DNA of 56,799 nucleotides, taken from the NCBI GenBank assembly GCA_021162685.1, contig JAGGYF010000027.1, positions 1 through 56,799 of the forward strand. The letters run 5' to 3'. Position 1 is the stretch's first letter; every line of letters begins with the position of its first letter. The translations under genes and the position numbers were made by a program. Shown here one piece after another: positions 26,448 to 34,981 of this stretch. The notes beneath the pieces were generated by a model that did not search any database, was not told the origin of the DNA, and saw only the letters and a list, made by a program, of their open reading frames with translations. The stretch is from Candidatus Iainarchaeum sp. (GTDB taxonomy: Archaea > B1Sed10-29 > WALL01).

Positions 26448-28385
26448 TCATAATTTTTTCAATACCTCATCCGGCGTGGAGTAATACTGTTGGATAATCC
26501 TCCCCACATCAACAAAATATCTTATGTCGTTTTCCCTCATCCATCTAAGTATCTGCGTTCTTCTCTGCAACTCCTCCCACACACTCTTTTCCTCAATTCC
26601 CTTTGTTTCTATGATATCCTGCAAAACATATGACCTATCGGATACAAACTCAAATGAGTCAGTTGCTGGGTCCCATCTAAACAATGTGTTGATTATTGGT
26701 TCATGTTCTTTTGTCAGACCAAGCACTTCCACAAGTTCTTTTACTCTTCTGACTTCTACCCCTTTTATCCTGGCCTTAGTCAATATGAGTATAATATCTA
26801 GATGTTGCAATAGACCAGGGGAGAGATTTATTGGAGGAGTCTGCAACCTGTTCATAACAGCATCAACTGAATCTGCGTGTATTGTTGCTAATCCTGTATG
26901 TCCTGTTGCCATTCCTTGGAATAGAACATATGCCTCCTTACCTCTCACCTCTCCTACTATCAAACAGTCTGGCCTTTCTCTTAATGCTGCTCTCAGTAGG
27001 TCATACATTGTGATCTCGCCCATTTTTACTCCAGTTATATCTGCTCTTCCAAATCCTGGCCTCACAACCTTCTGTACCCAATGCTCGTGTGGCAATCTTA
27101 TCTCGGGCGTATCTTCTATACTCACTATCTTCGCATCTCCTGGAATAAACATAGAGAGCGCATTCAACATGGATGTTTTTCCTGTTGCTGTTCCTCCAGA
27201 AACAAGTATGCTCTTCTTGTATTCCAGTGCAAGCCAAAGGTATGCAGCCATCATCTCTGGAAGTGTACCAAAATTGAGTAAATCAATAATTGTTAATGGG
27301 TCTCTTGTAAACTTTCTTATTGTGAATGTGCTACCACGCATTGCAATGTCTTTATGTGATGAATATGTTGCCTGAACACGTGAACCATCTGGTAATGCTC
27401 CGTCCAACAACGGCTCAGCAACAGAGATATGCTTTCCGCACTTCTGCGCTAATCTGATGACAAACCTATTCAACTCATCTTCATCTTCAAACATAATATT
27501 TGTGGGTATTGATGCATACTTTCTATGATAGATGTAAATAGGTATGTTTATACCATCACATGAGATATCCTCAATACTTGGATCATGCATAAGTGGTTCT
27601 ATCCTCTCCAAACCTAAGAAATCCCTGTACATGTAGTAAAGTATCTTCTGGTACTCATCCTCTGTCATCTTTATTCCATAGTCTGAAATAACCCTATCAA
27701 CCTTTTCTTTAAGCACTTTCTTTATAGATGCACTCTCCTTGATCTCAAATAGGTTTACATCAAGCAGGTCAACAACAAGTTCTTTTATGAGCTCTAGATT
27801 TCTTCTCTGCTCTTCTGTTAGGAATGGTTCCAAAACAAAGTATTCAAGCCTATTCTTATCTGGATTCCAACTAAGATTTGCAAATGCAAACGGCTCTATT
27901 AATGGATACCTGAGATTAATCTTTTGTAATTCTGGTGGTCTCCACTCTACAGACATCTTTTTTAGGTATTGCCTTGGGATCTTATGTGCTTTCAGAGGAA
28001 TATTCTTTATCCCCCATATGTCAATACCTTTTTCTGTTCTTTTCTCAGCTCTTGTTTCTGTCTGTGATGGCAATTCAGTTGATATCTTTGAGAAATCAAT
28101 AACTGTCGGGAGTTTTTCCTTCTTTTTCTTCTCTACTGTTTCTACGTTTCCGAGGGCAAATGATTTTTTGACCTTTTCAATCCTTTTCAAATCCTCCTCA
28201 GGGCCCTTTTCCAGGTATTTATCAAGTTCCTCAAGTGCTTTCCCTATATCCCTTATCTCTAATGATTTCTTTGGTTCTTCAATCTGCTCCTTTTTTTCAA
28301 CCTTTTTCTCTACCTTTTTCTTCTTTGCAAGCTTTTCAGCCGCCTTTTTTAGTAGGATTCTAGGTAATGGCATATCCATCAACAT
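26448..28385 (-). CDS. Archaeal type IV filament assembly ATPase (ArlI/PilB/TadA family, 645 aa)
   Basis: Walker A GGTATGKTS, RERPDCLIVGEVRGKEA and His box ATGHTGLATIHADS. The N-terminal leader is K/E-rich. Confidence 0.9.
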   Translation of the reverse strand: MLMDMPLPRILLKKAAEKLAKKKKVEKKVEKKEQIEEPKKSLEIRDIGKALEELDKYLEKGPEEDLKRIEKVKKSFALGNVETVEKKKKEKLPTVIDFSKISTELPSQTETRAEKRTEKGIDIWGIKNIPLKAHKIPRQYLKKMSVEWRPPELQKINLRYPLIEPFAFANLSWNPDKNRLEYFVLEPFLTEEQRRNLELIKELVVDLLDVNLFEIKESASIKKVLKEKVDRVISDYGIKMTEDEYQKILYYMYRDFLGLERIEPLMHDPSIEDISCDGINIPIYIYHRKYASIPTNIMFEDEDELNRFVIRLAQKCGKHISVAEPLLDGALPDGSRVQATYSSHKDIAMRGSTFTIRKFTRDPLTIIDLLNFGTLPEMMAAYLWLALEYKKSILVSGGTATGKTSMLNALSMFIPGDAKIVSIEDTPEIRLPHEHWVQKVVRPGFGRADITGVKMGEITMYDLLRAALRERPDCLIVGEVRGKEAYVLFQGMATGHTGLATIHADSVDAVMNRLQTPPINLSPGLLQHLDIILILTKARIKGVEVRRVKELVEVLGLTKEHEPIINTLFRWDPATDSFEFVSDRSYVLQDIIETKGIEEKSVWEELQRRTQILRWMRENDIRYFVDVGRIIQQYYSTPDEVLKKL

Positions 28386-28825
28386 GTTATATTTATACTA
28401 TACTTAGTCCCTCTTGATATATACAAACACATCTTTGTGGGATAACTTACCCTGTTGTTGTGCAATACCTCACTTGCATTCAGATATAATGGTTGTCTTG
28501 CAACAAGTGGCCATTTCTGTGATGCTACCTTCACAAATATTTGGTTATTTTTGTCCTCTATCCTAACACTGTATTGCCCCTCATGAACATCTTCTGATTG
28601 CGGTAGATACATCTCTATTGTTGCTGATTGATTTGGGCCAAGTTCTGCGATTGTATTCGCTATTTTCATCCCGACCATCTCACTCACTGCTATAAGTGCC
28701 TGCTTCTGCGAATTCTTCTTTACAGAGTCTTCAAGACTTATGACAGCATAGGTTATTGCTACTACTAGGATAAACCCAACTGCAACCCTCATTATAAATC
28801 CTATGCTCAACTGGCCTTTTAGCAT
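28379..28825 (-). CDS. Pilin-like protein (148 aa)
   Basis: MLKGQLSIGFIMRVAVGFILVVAITYAV. 7-nt overlaps with both neighbouring genes. Confidence 0.65.
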   Translation of the reverse strand: MLKGQLSIGFIMRVAVGFILVVAITYAVISLEDSVKKNSQKQALIAVSEMVGMKIANTIAELGPNQSATIEMYLPQSEDVHEGQYSVRIEDKNNQIFVKVASQKWPLVARQPLYLNASEVLHNNRVSYPTKMCLYISRGTKYSINITC

Positions 28826-29448
28826 ATTCTAACAGTCACCTCCGGCTCTGTTCCACTGTATCCAGATTTCCTTAATGTTATCATTGCTCTGGGTCCGCTT
28901 TTTCCAATACATGTTTGGTCTCCAACTAGGTCTATGTCTGAGGTACAAATGACAATTTCAACAAATTGCGAACGCGCATCACCTGTTCTTCCTCTGTATA
29001 CATTTGTATATGGTATTTTTGACATTTTCACCTTTGTAACAGAATCATATATTACTGTGCAACTTGATGTGCATTTGTCAGTGCAGTCACTCCCAACTGA
29101 TGTTTCAACCTCCGATTCATACACATTTGCATTTATCTGTCCAGTATACTTTATCCAGTCCTTTGTTTCATCCACCTGCACAATGCCCTTTGGATAGTAT
29201 AATTCCATTGATGTTGTGAAGTTTATGTCTCCATGAGCAACATTTTGTAGAAGTTGATCAACTGTAATAAACTGGCTCTCTACGTTGTGAGCAATAGGTC
29301 TTTCTCCCAACCTTGTGAGTTCATAGTTCCCCCACGTATATGCAACAACAGAAAGCACAACAACTATTGCAAGTATCATTACATAACTCATTGCAGAGCT
29401 AATCCCTTTTTGCATACCGCTCACTAACCTTTTTAAATACAGCTGCAT
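28819..29448 (-). CDS. Pilin-like protein (209 aa; alternative start at 29415)
   Basis: ...MQKGISSAMSYVMILAIVVVLSVVAY. The body is Cys/Thr-rich. This is the first gene of the minus-strand operon, with a TATA-like box about 20-30 nt upstream of 29448. Confidence 0.65.
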   Translation of the reverse strand: MQLYLKRLVSGMQKGISSAMSYVMILAIVVVLSVVAYTWGNYELTRLGERPIAHNVESQFITVDQLLQNVAHGDINFTTSMELYYPKGIVQVDETKDWIKYTGQINANVYESEVETSVGSDCTDKCTSSCTVIYDSVTKVKMSKIPYTNVYRGRTGDARSQFVEIVICTSDIDLVGDQTCIGKSGPRAMITLRKSGYSGTEPEVTVRIC

Positions 29449-29491
29449 GTTTTATAAGGATAACGCTTTAAAAATATGCCAAGGTGATATA

Positions 29492-29629
29492 ATGGATGAA
29501 TTTGTTGAGTTTCGTTTTAGAGTACTTGAATTAGCGTACAAATACAATAAAACAATAAAGGATGTTCTAAACGATTTTGCAAGCATACGCATAGAGAAGG
29601 TAGAGGACAAAAAGAAGAAAAAGAAGTAA
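29492..29629 (+). CDS. Small hypothetical protein (45 aa) with poly-Lys tail
   Basis: The ATG at 29492 is preceded by AGGTGA (29482-29487) and tttaaaaata. Sequence is MDEFVEFRFRVLELAYKYNKTIKDVLNDFASIRIEKVEDKKKKKK. Confidence 0.35.
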   Translation: MDEFVEFRFRVLELAYKYNKTIKDVLNDFASIRIEKVEDKKKKKK

Positions 29630-30328
29630 CTATCTCACAGGCTCATATCTTTTGTGTCCTACTCCAATTGTGTGTACTTTTACTGCATTTGTTGTATGGA
29701 ACAGCAGATATTTTGTTCTACCCCATTTATGCATTCTCCTTGCTGAAACGTGTACAATAGAATCCCTATTATACCTAATGTTACCTATATGCTTGAGCCT
29801 TTTTACAAGGTCTAGGTCCTCGCCAGCTATGATATCTGTGTTAAACCCACCAACCATATCAAATGCCTTTTTCTTGAATCCCATATTGCTCCCAGCAGGC
29901 ACATCCATCCCTAGTAATGCCATTGTTTTCATGTACAGGGGCATGAGCGTATATGCAGCAAGCGTATCAATGCTAGTGCCATCATATGGTACAACATTGC
30001 CATAGACACAAACATATCCATCCTCAAGCGAGGAGTACATCACATCTATCCATTGCTGCTCTAGTATGGCGTCTGCATCTGTAGATAGGATCACCTTCCC
30101 CTTTGCTTTCTCACATGCCTTCTGCCTTCCAGCAGCGATTGTTGGCTTTTTTTCAACAACAAATTTTACTCCATATTCTTTGCAAATATCTTTTGTCATA
30201 TCTGTGCTCCCACCATCTCCTATAATAATCTCAAAAGAACCCGAGAACTGCTGGTTTATCAGGCTTTCAAGGCAATTCCCTATGTACTTCTCTTCATTGA
30301 GCGTTGGGATAATCACAGAAACATCCAT
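29630..30328 (-). CDS. Family 2 glycosyltransferase
   Basis: VSVIIPTLNEEKYI, GDGGSTD and STDADA (DxD) motifs. Confidence 0.85.
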   Translation of the reverse strand: MDVSVIIPTLNEEKYIGNCLESLINQQFSGSFEIIIGDGGSTDMTKDICKEYGVKFVVEKKPTIAAGRQKACEKAKGKVILSTDADAILEQQWIDVMYSSLEDGYVCVYGNVVPYDGTSIDTLAAYTLMPLYMKTMALLGMDVPAGSNMGFKKKAFDMVGGFNTDIIAGEDLDLVKRLKHIGNIRYNRDSIVHVSARRMHKWGRTKYLLFHTTNAVKVHTIGVGHKRYEPVR

Positions 30329-30391
30329 ACAATCCTAATCTTTTTATTTAACCTTCTATAAAATATTTAGCTACTAGGTTCTGTGATCTAT

Positions 30392-31066
30392 ATGTTGGAC
30401 TCTATTGCATTTATCCCAGATGGAAACAGGAGATATGCCAAGAAATACAATATCAGTTTAGCAGAGGCATATGCAAAGGGATTCAACAAGGTCAGGGAAG
30501 CATTAGATTGGAGTTTAAATACAAAACCAAAAATAAAGGAAGCAAGCATATGGGGTTTGTCAACAGAAAACTTGCAGAGGGACGGCAATGAGCTATTTAT
30601 CTTTCTCAGATTATTGCGCATGAAACTCAAGGAGCTTCTCAACGAACCACTTATAAAAGAGCATGAAGTCAGGGTCAAGTTTGCTGGGAGGATATACCTT
30701 CTTCCAGATAGCATACAAAAACTTGTTTCAGAGGTTACAGAAGCAACAAAGGATTACTCACAATATACTATAAACATCTTTTTGGGATATGGTGGAAGAG
30801 CAGAGATTATAGATGCAGTCCAAAAGTTGATAAGCAAGGGGCTTCCTGTCACAGAGGAAAACCTGACAAAATGCCTCTATGTTCCAACATCTCCTGACCT
30901 GATAATAAGAACAGGCAATACACAGCGTCTTTCTGGGTTTATGCCATGGCAGTCCGCATATTCCGAGCTTTATTTTTCAGAGAAACTATGGCCAGAATTT
31001 TCTGAGTCAGATTTTGATGAAGCTATTGCAGAATATAGAAGGCGTGAGAGAAGGTTTGGAAGATGA
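30392..31066 (+). CDS. uppS: Undecaprenyl/di-trans,poly-cis-prenyl diphosphate synthase (cis-prenyltransferase)
   Basis: FIPDGNRRYA and IIRTGNTQRLSGFMPWQSAYSELYF. The ATG at 30392 is in frame with the track GTG at 30383. Confidence 0.9.
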   Translation: MLDSIAFIPDGNRRYAKKYNISLAEAYAKGFNKVREALDWSLNTKPKIKEASIWGLSTENLQRDGNELFIFLRLLRMKLKELLNEPLIKEHEVRVKFAGRIYLLPDSIQKLVSEVTEATKDYSQYTINIFLGYGGRAEIIDAVQKLISKGLPVTEENLTKCLYVPTSPDLIIRTGNTQRLSGFMPWQSAYSELYFSEKLWPEFSESDFDEAIAEYRRRERRFGR

Positions 31067-31980
31067 TCATAAAAACAATCGTCATTGCATTGGGTGGGAA
31101 TGCACTTATACGGCACAGTCAGAAGGGAACATTAGAGGAACAACTTGAGAACATAGATGACACAATGGAACAAATTGTTAAGTTGATAGAGGAAGGTTAC
31201 GAGATTGTTTTGACCCATGGCAATGGTCCGCAGGTTGGCGCCATACTCATACAACAAGAAGAAGCAAAAGATAAAGTGCCAGCAATGCCTTTGGATGTCT
31301 GTGGTGCAATGAGCCAAGGGTTTATAGGTTACATCATACAAAAGGCATTAGATAATAAACTGAAGGGCAAGAAGAGCGTAACAACAGTTGTTACTCAAGT
31401 ACTTGTTGACAAAAATGACCCAGCATTTCAAAACCCAACAAAGCCAGTTGGGCCCTTTTATAGTACACCAGAGCCATTAAAAGGTAAGAGGTATGTCCAC
31501 ATACCAAACAAAGGCTATAGGAGGGTTGTCCCATCACCCAAACCCATGGATATTGTTGAAAGACAGTCTATCATAGATCTTGTAAAAAAAGGAGATATAG
31601 TTATAGCTTGTGGAGGAGGCGGCATACCCGTCATAAAAGAGGAAGGCATCTTAAAAGGTGTTGAGGCAGTAATAGACAAAGACCTAGCAGGTGAAGTTTT
31701 GGCACAAGCAGTTGGTGCTGATTTGTTTGTAATCCTAACGGATGTTGAAAACGTTTGCTTGAATTATGGTACGCCAGATGAAATAAAACTCAACAATCTG
31801 ACCTTGGAGCAAGCAAAACAATACATGGAGGAAGGACATTTCCCGCCAGGAAGCATGGGCCCAAAGGTTCAGGCAGCAATAAATTTCTTGGAGCATGGAG
31901 GACAGGCAGTAATAATAACCTCTCTGGATAAACTAACGCAAGCAATCAAAAGAAATGCTGGTACCTACATAACGAGGTAA
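31063..31980 (+). CDS. arcC: Carbamate kinase
   Basis: ALGGNAL, THGNGPQVG and CGGGGIPV motifs. ATGA overlap with uppS. Confidence 0.9.
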   Translation: MIIKTIVIALGGNALIRHSQKGTLEEQLENIDDTMEQIVKLIEEGYEIVLTHGNGPQVGAILIQQEEAKDKVPAMPLDVCGAMSQGFIGYIIQKALDNKLKGKKSVTTVVTQVLVDKNDPAFQNPTKPVGPFYSTPEPLKGKRYVHIPNKGYRRVVPSPKPMDIVERQSIIDLVKKGDIVIACGGGGIPVIKEEGILKGVEAVIDKDLAGEVLAQAVGADLFVILTDVENVCLNYGTPDEIKLNNLTLEQAKQYMEEGHFPPGSMGPKVQAAINFLEHGGQAVIITSLDKLTQAIKRNAGTYITR

Positions 31981-32031
31981 CAACCCTTTTCCCTTCGCTG
32001 CGCTCAGGCAAAAGCGTTGACGGAAAAGAAC

Positions 32032-32174
32032 CCTTTACAATAAACGAGGTGATCTCATGAAACATTTGTTAACAGCGTCCTTTATGGGGCACCCATGGTT
32101 CCCCCTGGATACCCTGGGAATCCACACCCCCTCCTTTACAATAAACGAGGTGATACCATGAAACATTTGTTAAA
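32032..32174 (+). repeat. 42-bp direct duplication of the OTCase SD and first five codons (32032-32073 and 32133-32174)
   Basis: cctttacaataaacgaggtgatCTcatgaaacatttgttaac versus ...gatACcatg..., with 2 mismatches and a 101-bp offset. The ~59-bp filling is GC-rich. Confidence 0.85.
32057..32161 (+). CDS. Possible 34-codon upstream ORF or leader peptide created by the duplication
   Basis: My translation is MKHLLTASFMGHPWFPLDTLGIHTPSFTINEVIP. It has its own GAGGTGA SD, and its TGA overlaps the OTCase ATG (ATGA at 32158-32161). Confidence 0.3.
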   Translation: MKHLLTASFMGHPWFPLDTLGIHTPSFTINEVIP

Positions 32175-33075
32175 CATTACAGACCTGAAAAAAGAAGAGA
32201 TTTTGTACATAATAGACAAAGCCATTGAGATAAAAAACAATCCTGAGAAGTATGCAAAGTCGTTGGAAGGAAAGACTTTGCTAATGATGTTTGAGAAACC
32301 ATCTCTCAGGACTAGGTTATCATTTGAGACAGGCATGACACAACTCGGAGGCCATGCGATCTTCTACAGCTTCAAGGATTCTCCTCTTGGAAAGAAGGAA
32401 ACAATATCAGATACAGCAAAATGTGCATCTAGATTTGTGGATATCGTGATGATTAGAGCATATAAGCAATCTCAGATAAGAGAATTTGCTGAGAACGCAT
32501 CTGTACCTGTAATAGATGCACTTTCAGACATGGCTCATCCATGCCAGATTATGGCTGACCTACAAACAATGAAGGAAAAGGGAAAGGACATAGAACACAT
32601 GAAGCTTGCTTACTTGGGTAACGGAAACAACAATGTAACATTTGATCTAATGAGAGCATGCGCTGTTTTGGGATCAACCTGCTATGTTGGTTGCCCTGCT
32701 GACGAAGAATTTAATGTACCAGAGAGCGTTTTGGATGAATGCTCTAAATATCCAGGAAAGATAGTAGTTACACATGATGCAGAAGAGGCAGCAAGGGATG
32801 CAGACGTTATATACACAGACACATGGGTGAACTATGGTATTCCAGTTGAGGAGCTTGAAGAGAGAGCAAGAAAACTAAAGCCCTATCAAGTGAACCAACA
32901 CATCATGTCATTGGCAAAGCCAGATGCAATATTCATGAATTGCCTTCCAGCAATGCGTGGCTATGAACAAACAGCAGATGTCATAGATGGGCCACAGAGC
33001 GTAGTGTTTGACGAGGCAGAAAATAGGTTACACGCACAGAAGGCAATAATGCTGTTCTTACTGGGCAAGCTTTGA
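32158..33075 (+). CDS. argF: Ornithine carbamoyltransferase
   Basis: PSLRTRLSFE, HPCQ, DTWV and CLPA motifs. The ATG at 32158 is preceded by GAGGTGA; the track start at 32095 adds an implausible 21 aa. Confidence 0.9.
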   Translation: MKHLLNITDLKKEEILYIIDKAIEIKNNPEKYAKSLEGKTLLMMFEKPSLRTRLSFETGMTQLGGHAIFYSFKDSPLGKKETISDTAKCASRFVDIVMIRAYKQSQIREFAENASVPVIDALSDMAHPCQIMADLQTMKEKGKDIEHMKLAYLGNGNNNVTFDLMRACAVLGSTCYVGCPADEEFNVPESVLDECSKYPGKIVVTHDAEEAARDADVIYTDTWVNYGIPVEELEERARKLKPYQVNQHIMSLAKPDAIFMNCLPAMRGYEQTADVIDGPQSVVFDEAENRLHAQKAIMLFLLGKL

Positions 33076-33774
33076 TAGTATGTACTCAGCTTCTTCATCA
33101 AATGATGGGAGTGTTCCAATAACCAAAGGCTCAAGGCTTTTCCACATCCTCTTTTTTTCTTTCAATTTGTTTCGGAATGTTGTTGCGTTATAGTCACACC
33201 TTCTCTTCAGTCTGTTAATGTTCGGTATTGCTCCTCTTTTCAGGAGAAAATACAAATCATGCACATCCCTAGGTTTATCCCTTTGGATAATGGCACATAT
33301 TTTCCCTTCTGCAATAGCATTTAGTGTAAGGGTTTTTATTATAAACGAAGGGATATCAGGATATGGTGGAAACAGCATTTTCTCTTCTGTTTCATCCTCT
33401 TCCTCAATCAAGATTTCAATAGATATGATGATATTTCTCATGTTTGGCGCGTCTATTTTTGTTTTTACTCTCAACATGTTTTTTGTCCTTTTTTGTTTTA
33501 ACACAGTGGTATTAAACCCTCGCAATCTCAACTCCCTAATCAAAAAAGGGATTAATTCATCACTTATCTCTTTACAAGAAAAATCTAAATCTTCAGAAAA
33601 TCTATTACCGCCAAATAGTTTCCAAATTGCAGTTCCCCCCTTGAATACCAAATCTTTAAATCTTGTGCATAATATTGAGAGGATAACATCTTGCAAGTAA
33701 TCCTTCCTTATTTGATCCAATGTTTTCAATCCACGTATATGTCCATATGCTTTTAATTCAGATTGTGTAAGCAT
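33058..33774 (-). CDS. abiEii: AbiEii/AbiGii-family nucleotidyltransferase toxin
   Basis: FKGGTAIWKLFGGNRFSEDLDF is the hallmark motif. The 3' end overlaps the OTCase 3' end by 18 nt (convergent). Confidence 0.8.
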   Translation of the reverse strand: MLTQSELKAYGHIRGLKTLDQIRKDYLQDVILSILCTRFKDLVFKGGTAIWKLFGGNRFSEDLDFSCKEISDELIPFLIRELRLRGFNTTVLKQKRTKNMLRVKTKIDAPNMRNIIISIEILIEEEDETEEKMLFPPYPDIPSFIIKTLTLNAIAEGKICAIIQRDKPRDVHDLYFLLKRGAIPNINRLKRRCDYNATTFRNKLKEKKRMWKSLEPLVIGTLPSFDEEAEYILSKLAQ

Positions 33775-34340
33775 TTCTTCACCTCTTTCCTAACTTCCTT
33801 GCTTCGCGAGAGGGTCGCATACTCCATCAATAGTTTCTTATCACTTGCCTCTAACACATCTGATAGTTCTTCTATTGGAATTTTCTTCAAGTAAATTGCA
33901 TCAATTACAATCTTTTCAGGTCTTGCGACTGGAATCCGTACGTCTTCTCTTGGGATATACTCATAACCGTACATCATGGACGGCTTAACAACATGAAAGA
34001 AAACAGGCGTGCCTTTGAAAATTATTTTTGTTTTATATCTTCTTCTTGATGTTATAACCTCCACCCCAAATGGTATTTGGTCTGTTAGGTTTCTTATCCT
34101 CATTGCTGACCATAATGATATGTAAGATGGTTCAGTCAGGTATGGTGCCACAATTAGTGGATCCTCATATATCGTATATTTATCCCTCTCAATACGTAAT
34201 ACCTTTTTACCTTTCACCAGGATATGTAACCTTTTCTTAGCATATCCATATGGAACTCCTAGGTCTACAAAATCCTTTAGTGTAAACACTGGTTTTTTTA
34301 GTACTTCCTCCTCTGCTTTCTTATATTTTACAATAGGCAT
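33753..34340 (-). CDS. abiEi: AbiEi-family (COG5340-like) antitoxin/transcriptional regulator
   Basis: wHTH-like N-terminus followed by PSYISLWSAMRIRNLTDQIP, typical of AbiEi. It overlaps abiEii by 22 nt. Confidence 0.7.
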   Translation of the reverse strand: MPIVKYKKAEEEVLKKPVFTLKDFVDLGVPYGYAKKRLHILVKGKKVLRIERDKYTIYEDPLIVAPYLTEPSYISLWSAMRIRNLTDQIPFGVEVITSRRRYKTKIIFKGTPVFFHVVKPSMMYGYEYIPREDVRIPVARPEKIVIDAIYLKKIPIEELSDVLEASDKKLLMEYATLSRSKEVRKEVKKCLHNLN

Positions 34341-34377
34341 GATGAAATTATAGACCTTTTTATATATAAATCATGCA

Positions 34378-34396
34378 GGTTACCTTCTTAGGTAAC
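34378..34396. promoter_or_regulatory. Inverted repeat ggttacc-ttctta-ggtaac between the iorB stop and the abiEi start
   Basis: Read directly: gttacc and ggtaac arms with a 6-nt spacer. Candidate AbiEi operator and/or iorB terminator. tatatataaa lies nearby at about 34361-34370. Confidence 0.3.
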
Positions 34397-34981
34397 TTAC
34401 ATGTTTTCACCAATCCTAAATGCTTCCAGGTTTTCTTTTATCATCCTTGGGGAGCTTGCCTTTATTGCCTTCACCCAGCTTTTTCTTTTTATCGGCATAA
34501 ACCGTGAGGCAAAACCCAAAACAATAGTATTTCCTAATACTACTTCTCCAAATCTCTCTTTTGCAATACTATGTGCATCAAAGACAAACAATTGTTTTGC
34601 AAATGGTTTGACCCTCTTTTTTATCTCATCAATCTTTGGGTATGGCAAATTCAAAAGGTTTGCGTATACTGGCATATGTGGGAAATCGTTTATAACAAAT
34701 ATCGTTTTTTCTTTTCTTGCATAATATGTTGCTCTCACTGCTTCCAATGGTTCAAATGCTAATACAAGGTTAGCATCACCCTGCATGATTCCAGGTGACG
34801 ATAGCTCACCTTTGTCCCCAAACCTAACAAATGTAGGAATAGAACCACCGCGTTGTGCTAATCCATGTAACTGCACACCTCTAACATAATAGCCATCGTA
34901 GTTTGCAGCCCTTGCTATCATTGTTGCTGCTGTTAACACACCTTCTCCTCCAACACCTATGCATAATACATTATACCTCAT
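34397..34981 (-). CDS. iorB: Indolepyruvate:ferredoxin oxidoreductase, beta subunit
   Basis: MRYNVLCIGVGGEGVLTAA. ATGA overlap with the iorA stop; the track start at 35047 is an extension. Confidence 0.85.
   Translation of the reverse strand: MRYNVLCIGVGGEGVLTAATMIARAANYDGYYVRGVQLHGLAQRGGSIPTFVRFGDKGELSSPGIMQGDANLVLAFEPLEAVRATYYARKEKTIFVINDFPHMPVYANLLNLPYPKIDEIKKRVKPFAKQLFVFDAHSIAKERFGEVVLGNTIVLGFASRFMPIKRKSWVKAIKASSPRMIKENLEAFRIGENM

Noticed and set aside
26524-27375. 283-aa plus-strand ORF
   Set aside because: It is antisense to the ArlI/PilB-type ATPase gene and has the same shadow-ORF character. The same reasoning applies to 24441-25229, 27739-28407, 13543-14136, 9799-10278, 33218-33700 and 41924-42355.
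32095-32157. 21-aa extension of the OTCase ORF (MVPPGYPGNPHPLLYNKRGDT)
   Set aside because: It has no SD. The ATG at 32158 has GAGGTGA at the correct spacing, and OTCases begin close to the MKHLL...L..DL motif. The extension lies in the duplicated or inserted leader.
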